In this document: piece after piece, positions 10,686 to 17,340 of the stretch | Layout of the letters: every line of letters starts with the position of its first letter | How positions within the stretch are numbered: the stretch's first letter is position 1 | NCBI RefSeq assembly: GCF_006345805.1 | Contig: NW_021824801.1 | Span: 1 to 17,340 of the forward strand | From: Octopus sinensis | Taxonomy: Eukaryota | DNA length: 17,340 bases | Direction of reading: 5' to 3' | Translations under genes and position numbers: made by a program | The notes under the pieces: generated by a model | Told to the model about the DNA's origin: nothing | Seen by the model: only the letters and a program-made list of their open reading frames with translations | Database searches by the model: none

Positions 10686-11051
10686 GATGAATCGAGGTAA
10701 ATATCCTCAACCCCTTGATCAAGTCCAAGTGTATGCTACAATAGGCATCGGAAATATTTCGTTAATGAGGGCAGAGAAGCTGATTTGACCGAAATTTACC
10801 GATAAAAAGACGAATATTAATTTCTCATGAAAACTAATCTTTACATCAATCAATTAAACACAAATATCACAACTCGCACGACATGTTTCTTAAAACAGAT
10901 ATTGTTTTCGCATTTCCCTAACTGCAAAAATTATCAAATTTAAATCAACAGTTTTGCCAAGTGTCATGTTGGCATACATTCTCTCAATATTCAGTATTGC
11001 TTCGCCGATTTCTTTTTTCATTTTTCGCATTTGACCTATTGTACTTTACAG

Positions 11052-11081
11052 ATATATATCCATCGTCTGTTGTCGCTGAAG
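11052..11081 (+). other. Candidate 30-nt micro-exon
   Basis: Long pyrimidine tract ending ...ttgtactttacag| and consensus donor AAG|gtgagt. Length is a multiple of 3; phase 1-1 reads (D)IYPSSVVAE. Best splice-site pair in the window but with no homology support. Confidence 0.35.
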
Positions 11082-11733
11082 GTGAGTTTTGTAGAGTAGG
11101 ATGTAGGAGAAATTATGGCCAAACCACAAGCGAATTTGTTGAAGAATTGCATCACACCACGATGGTCATTCTTGTAAAAACTTTCAACAACATTAACTGT
11201 AGTTATGTGTGAACATGATGGATGCTTACAATCCGTGTCAAACTTAATACGTATTGATTTTCTGTCGTTAGGAAATCACGATCAGCACTATTATATGATG
11301 GAACAAACGGCAGTGCTCATGCAAACCATTGAGCCATCAGGATTAAGGATATTATAGCCGAATACTTTCGCTATTGAAAATCTTTCAAACTAGAATCTTA
11401 ACCAAATTTTATTAAATTATTATTGAACGTGGGGGGATTACGTTCAGTTTAAGTGATATTACCCTGCGGTGGCAGTGGAGCGGGGGGGGGGGTTCATGGG
11501 TTCCGTTCATTTCATTATCATGTTTCTCATTTGAAATATTTCCAGTCTCAGGGAGGCCAGATTCTGTAACATGTGAGTTTTATTTTTCGAGGAAAGAGAT
11601 TTAAGATATCATCTCCCTCACTGTTCACAAATCTGCTCCGGATGCTAGTTAGGAAAGTCACAGGATTTACAGGTGTATCACTTTTATCGTTCCTTTATTT
11701 CTCAAGGTTAGATACGGATTTTTTCTTTATCAG

Positions 11734-11759
11734 CCCTCAGATTCTGCTGCGATTTGAAG
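11734..11759 (+). other. Candidate 26-nt micro-exon
   Basis: Acceptor tttttctttatcag| and donor AAG|gtaggt. Phase 1-0 reads (A)LRFCCDLK. An alternative acceptor lies at 11740. Confidence 0.28.
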
Positions 11760-12329
11760 GTAGGTACTGATATAAAATTTTCATTGTGACAGGCATGAGA
11801 CATTCGTAAGCGCTTTCCTTTAAAGCCAGTCCATTTATTTTGTATAACCTGTATATTAGCAACATCTGTGGGTATTTAGAGTAAAAATTCGAATTTCGTA
11901 TACAACACGAACAGAACAAATACTGCAGATAGTGACCTGTGTGACGCTGAATAACGATACATTAAAATATACATATCAGAATAAGCTACTTCACATCACT
12001 AGTCATTATAGGATGTTGAGACGACAAATACTAAATATAGACAGAATGAAAGAAAAATGCCATTATTTCCTGTTGATATGGACGAAGGCTTTGAGAAAAC
12101 AAGAATATTTTGCTCAGAATCAGGAGTGTAGAAGTGAGAAGAATAAGAATATGATATGTTATTGAAGATGGGACAGAAAGGATAATAAAATGTGTAGCAG
12201 GAGTGAAGGAAACGAAGGTTTTATTTTCATTTTCATATTTGGAATGACGGTAAACATCTTTGGTATGAGTATATATATGCATGTAAAGATAGATAGATAG
12301 GTATAAATATTTATATAATATGGCTTTAT

Positions 12330-12371
12330 GAATACACACATGCACGCGCACACACAGACACACACACATTT

Positions 12372-12410
<39 letters not shown>

Positions 12411-12500
12411 CTATATATATATATATATATATATAATAATATATATATATATATATATAATTATATATACACGTTTACTATATATATATGTATACACAGA
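12330..12500. repeat. (CA)n/(TA)n compound microsatellite
   Basis: Direct reading. Confidence 0.9.
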
Positions 12501-12714
12501 TATTAATATTTATTATATCGAATGTATCTCTAATTTGGCCGTGCGTTTCAGGTCAGTGTTGTCTCGTACGATAACAATGAAAAGCAAAAATATATCAGAC
12601 ACCAGAGGGCGTTAATTAGTTATGATAGTGGCCACTGCTATGAGTAATAGGGACTATCATGTTAATCGTTATACGTGCTATGTGTATCTCTACTGTGTGT
12701 ATACATACCTATTA

Positions 12715-12804
12715 TCATCTATCTATACATATATATAATATATACATATATATATATGTATATATATTATGTATATATATATGCATATATAATATACATA
12801 TATA

Positions 12805-12871
<67 letters not shown>

Positions 12872-12915
12872 CTATATATATATATACATGTTTTTGTGTG
12901 TGTGTGCGCGCGTGT
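12715..12915. repeat. (TA)n/(TG)n compound microsatellite
   Basis: Direct reading. Confidence 0.9.
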
Positions 12916-13084
12916 GTAGGCGTGCATGACGTTTTGGAGTGTTTGTGAATTTCACACTGAAATCGAATGTTTGCTTCGTATCCAGCGGTTTCTATTTCTG
13001 TGAGCTTTATGACGTTGACTATATATTTAAACACAAACAAACACATATACACGGGCGCTGCGTGTATGTGTGTCTGTATTTTGT

Positions 13085-13361
13085 TCTTTTATTTTTTTTA
13101 TATGTTTCAGTCGTTTCAGTGTGGCCATGCTGCAGCATCGCCTTTAGTTGAACAAATCGACTCCAGGACTTATTCTTTGTAAGCTTAGTATTTATTCTCT
13201 CGGACCCTTTTGTCAAACCACTAAGTTACGGGGACGTAAACACCCCAGCATCGGTTGTCAAGCGATGGTGGTGGCAAATACAGACACACAAACATATATA
13301 TATATATATATATCATATACATACATACATACATGCATGCATACATACATCCAGCCATACA

Positions 13362-13392
<31 letters not shown>

Positions 13393-13528
13393 GTACGACG
13401 GTCTTCTTCCAGTTTCCGTCTACCAAATCCACCCACAAGGCTTCGATCGACTCGAGGCTATAGTAGAAGACACTTGCCCATGGTTCCACGCAGTGGGACT
13501 GAACCCGGAACCATGTGATTGGCAGCGC
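13085..13528 (-). mobile_element. Near full-length tRNA-derived SINE family A
   Basis: Collinear reverse complement of 5889-6290, with B-box-like gggttcagtccc (rc of 13495-13506) and an internal (TA)/(TACA) tract at the same position. Confidence 0.9.
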
Positions 13529-14029
13529 ACAGAAAAACACAACAGACATTTAACTAATTAGTTTTTATATGAGTATTTGCTGTACATGCAAATATACACG
13601 CAAGGCAATTACAAACTGGATGTGCACACATAAAAGATACATAATACACATGCACACACATACGTCTAGAATTATTTGAAATAAAAGAACGACCTCAATA
13701 TTAGCTTCAAAATTCACCCAAGGCTAGGACCATGGGCCATACGTCTCCTACCCCATTCAGGACCACAGCACATAAATACACTGCAACACAATTTCTTTTC
13801 CTCAACAGGCCCTTCCCTCTGGACAAATTTCTACAAGGGATACTAGATAAGCGACCTACACATGGATACAACTCACTCAACAAGTACTCCCTACGCGAAT
13901 AGTCTGTGATACAAAACTTGACTTAAAAATGGCCTGGACCAATCTTTAGTCGAAACATATCTAACTTTACATTAAAGTTATTCGAAGTCTTGATGCTGGA
14001 TTGACTGTGTCGTTTTTCTTTTCACACGC

Positions 14030-14180
14030 ATGATCCTGTGGTTTGGAAGTTTGCTTCGCAACCTCGTAGTTTCGACCTGTGGCGTCACCTCCAGCTCATT
14101 CGTCTGCGATAGCAGTGTACCGACCAATTTCCTTGTGAGTGAATTTGGTAGATTGAAACCGCGCGAAAGCCGGTCTTATT
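14030..14180 (+). mobile_element. Diverged 5' half of SINE family A
   Basis: ctgtggtttggaagtttgcttcgcaacc...ccttgtgagtgaatttggtagattgaaacc matches the family A body motif. Confidence 0.65.
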
Positions 14181-14435
14181 TATTAATCTTCCTGACTAAC
14201 TATATTTGTTCACCTTCCTGTAAGTTAGCAGTTCAACCCACAGTACCTAAAAATATGTACCAGACTTAAATTGTAATTAGGGTTTCGATTTGAATGGATT
14301 AACTTTTTTTTTTTTAATTTCTTTTTGTTCTTTGGTTAGACATAAGATCTCATGGTCTGGGATATTTGAATTACTGATACAGACATTGCTCCTTAGCTCG
14401 GTGATTTAGGATCGATCTTATTATACACTACTTTG

Positions 14436-14655
14436 AATATTTTTTCTAATTTCGACAGAAGGCAAGAAATTTCAATGGGAGGGAGGGGCCAGTTTCATCG
14501 GCTCCAGTGCTTGACTGGTACTTTATTTTTGTCGATCCTGAAAAACATTAAAGGCAAAGATGGACTCATTTGGACGCGAACTCAGAACGTAAAGGGTCGG
14601 AATGAATGCCCCTAAGCATTTTCCACTACGTGCAAACAATTCTACCTGGTCCCTC
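14436..14655 (-). mobile_element. Diverged SINE family B copy
   Basis: ccagtgcttgactggtactttattttt gtcgatcctgaaa...gaactcagaacgtaaag...ctaagcatttt is the reverse complement of the family B body. Confidence 0.75.
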
Positions 14656-14829
14656 TATTTCAATACTTTAAAAATTGTCATGCATCATAACCCCAGGCTG
14701 AATATATCCGTCTCAGTGAAATTTAGTTGACGGAAAATGTGCAGAATCTCGTAGGTTACATCGTTTGTGTAATTGAACAAAAAAGTTTATTTCCTCGACA
14801 AGTTTCAATATCACTTCTTGGCCCCTCAG

Positions 14830-14943
14830 CAATGTACATTCTGTGGCGCGTTTTCGAACGATAACGATAATACAAGGAAAGCTTCCGCCCCTAACCGCGC
14901 GAACACTTCAACTCAACAAGACCATGAGAAGGTGCAGGGGTGA
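14830..14943 (+). other. Candidate exon within a CpG-richer unique segment (speculative)
   Basis: Acceptor cacttcttggcccctcag|. Phase 0 frame is open: QCTFCGAFSNDNDNTRKASAPNRANTSTQQDHEK, then either a weak donor gtgcag at 14932 or read-through VQG-stop. Confidence 0.2.
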
Positions 14944-15436
14944 TATTCAACACATGATAAAACGAAAATCGTATCGCAATTTTGTATATATAGCAATACA
15001 ATTTCCAACATTATGACAGTCTACTTGTCCTTCAAATTTAAAACAGTAAGATGTCATTATACAAAAGATTAGGTGGCTAATTTTAGCATCTTAGTTGATA
15101 AAATAGACACCTTCGGGATGGGTTAGTCAAAGGTAACATAAAGAAACAAAATTCGGTCTGTTCCATAGAAGAATCATTTCTTAAATAGGAAAATTGATTA
15201 ATCTTGCACCTACGTTAAAGATCAATATTATCCCGAGCAATTACAAATAACAAATTAAATCATAATTGCTGCTTAGAATGTTAATTAAAAAACCATTATC
15301 ATAGCAATTTCTTTTATAGGAATGTTAATTAAAATGTTCTTTTCATCAGGAAGCTTTTATGTTTGTATTGATGTTGGAAAAGAAATCTTACTATGAAATG
15401 GAATAATGTATACGTCAGATTTGATTGCAATACCAT

Positions 15437-15497
15437 TATATATATATATATATACATATATATGTATGTATATACATACACACACACACATTATATG

Positions 15498-15571
<74 letters not shown>

Positions 15572-15608
15572 TATGTATGTATATACATCACACACACACA
15601 TATATATG

Positions 15609-15653
<45 letters not shown>

Positions 15654-15890
15654 TATATACAGATATACAGATATACATAAATAGATATACATATATACAC
15701 ATACATATATATATATATATATAGGCATATATATTTTATACATATAATGATAATAATGTTTATATATATATATGTATATATACATACAAGTTTGCATATG
15801 TATGTATATTGTATATGTGTATATATGTGTTTGTGTGTATGTGCGTATGAGAGTGTAGGAGTGTGTATGTTTGTGTGTATGAGTGTATAT
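15437..15890. repeat. Long (TA)n/(CA)n/(TG)n compound microsatellite
   Basis: Direct reading; source of six YI-rich ORFs. Confidence 0.95.
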
Positions 15891-16400
15891 TAAATTTCTC
15901 TATTTTCTTTGCTACAACCTCCATTACTATGATTAATTAGTCGTAACACCTCACAGCGTGTGACGTAATATATTATGTGTACTTCAAACATAGTGATGTT
16001 TCGGGTATCATTTACAGGCGCGGGGTGGGATCGTTGGCAGGTTGATTAAACCTGAAGTTAATGAAACTATATGATTAGGACCTGAGCAACTGTAATTAAA
16101 TTTTCTTCTGGATGGCTCGGTCTACCTGAGTGAAATGCTCTTTGATTGAAACGTTGAGCTTTATTTAATCCACGAATCGGTGTCATAATCATCGTCGTCA
16201 TCGTGACCAACTTCATCATCATCATCATTCACTGAAGTATCAACATTACTAGTAGTATTAGTCGTAGTAGCAGACGGCGTCGTCGCCATGGTAATTGTAG
16301 TAGTAATGGTAAAGAGAGGATAAGGAGGTGGCTGATGTGAAGGAGTATAAAAATTTATAAATATCTTTCATGGGTAGACGCGTGAATATCAGGTATTATT

Positions 16401-16550
16401 TTATTCTTTTACTCTTTTATCCTTTTACCTGTTTCAGACATTTGAAAGCTAAAGTCGACCTTGGCGGAATTTGAACTCAGAACCGAAGACAGACGAAATG
16501 CCGCTAAACATTTCGTCTGGCGTGCTAACGATTCTGGCAGCTCGCCGCCG
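16401..16550 (-). mobile_element. Chimeric SINE: family B 5' half (16443-16550) joined to a family A 3' tail (16401-16445)
   Basis: Minus strand reads cggcggcgagctgccagaatcgttagcacg...gagttcaaattccgccaaggtcgactttagctt-TCA-aatgtctgaaacaggtaaaaggataaaagag. Confidence 0.8.
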
Positions 16551-16794
16551 TAACAACAACAACAATAATAATTATAATAATAATAATAATGATGATGATG
16601 ATGATCATCATCATGATGATGATAATAATGATGATGATGATGATGATGATGATGATAATAATGATGATGATGATGATGATGATAATAATAATGATAATAA
16701 TAATGATGATGATAATGATGATGATGATGATAATAATAATGATAATAATAATGATGATGATAATGATGATGATGATGATAATAATAATAATAAC

Positions 16795-16826
<32 letters not shown>

Positions 16827-16837
16827 TGATGATGATG

Positions 16838-16892
<55 letters not shown>

Positions 16893-16921
16893 TGATGATG
16901 ACGATGATGATGATGATGATG

Positions 16922-16972
<51 letters not shown>

Positions 16973-16995
16973 TAAGTAACAACAACAACAACAAT
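16551..16995. repeat. ~445-bp (AAT)/(GAT)/(AAC) trinucleotide array
   Basis: Direct reading; source of the poly-N/D, poly-M/I and poly-L/S ORFs. Confidence 0.97.
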
Positions 16996-17014
16996 GGAAT
17001 TATGAGTTAAGCTA

Positions 17015-17080
17015 CCTTCGGTGCTTGACTGGTACTTTATTTGCCGACGCTGAAAAGATTAAACTCTAATTTGATCCGCA
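17015..17080 (-). mobile_element. SINE family B internal fragment
   Basis: cggtgcttgactggtactttatttgccgacgctgaaaagattaaa matches 14505-14552. Confidence 0.65.
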
Positions 17081-17170
17081 ATAACAATACGCTTTCCCTA
17101 CCATTTCTTCATTTTTTTTTTGTCGTTCAGGATGAATTTCTAACTCAAAACTCCTTATTCCTTATAGCCA

Positions 17171-17173
<3 letters not shown>

Positions 17174-17239
<66 letters not shown>

Positions 17240-17288
17240 ATCTATCTCTCTCTCTATCTATCTTCTATCTCTAGCTACCTATCTCTCC

Positions 17289-17340
<52 letters not shown>
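17174..17340. repeat. (CT)n then (CTAT)n microsatellite running off the window end
   Basis: Direct reading. Confidence 0.97.

Noticed and set aside
11469-11500. G11 run with nearby GG/GGG (possible G-quadruplex)
   Set aside because: An isolated homopolymer with no supporting context; a C10 run at 9033-9042 shows such runs occur as background.
12622-12660. 8-bp hairpin atgatagt/actatcat
   Set aside because: Too short, with a 23-nt loop, and no adjacent CTRR Helitron end or other context.
15437-15645. ~120-bp period duplication inside the TA/CA microsatellite
   Set aside because: An ordinary slippage or unequal-exchange product in low-complexity DNA.
16471-17010. 179-aa Asn/Asp-rich ORF resembling an acidic or biomineralisation protein
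   Set aside because: It starts at TTG inside an antisense SINE and the rest is an AAT/GAT microsatellite.

Overview
AT-rich eukaryotic DNA dominated by microsatellites and old retroelements. The two recurrent tRNA-like SINE families match, from memory, the abundant repeats of Octopus/coleoid cephalopod genomes; this taxon call is an inference with no database search run. There is no confident protein-coding gene, RNA gene, CRISPR array or prokaryotic operon. Nearly all ORFs in the supplied track are translations of (TA)n, (CA)n, (TACA)n or trinucleotide repeats. Supported content: about 11 SINE copies or fragments from two families, a degenerate Penelope-like (GIY-YIG) retroelement whose 5' part forms a ~365-bp palindrome, a ~620-bp MITE-like element with ~140-bp TIRs, and an ~850-bp fold-back element. 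Each arm of that fold-back carries a variant type I hammerhead-ribozyme-like motif, and the two arms are damaged in complementary stems. A speculative chain of plus-strand micro-exons splices in frame to a short secreted-looking Cys-rich peptide. I cannot demonstrate a new biological system from sequence alone; the best leads are the inverted hammerhead pair and the exon chain.
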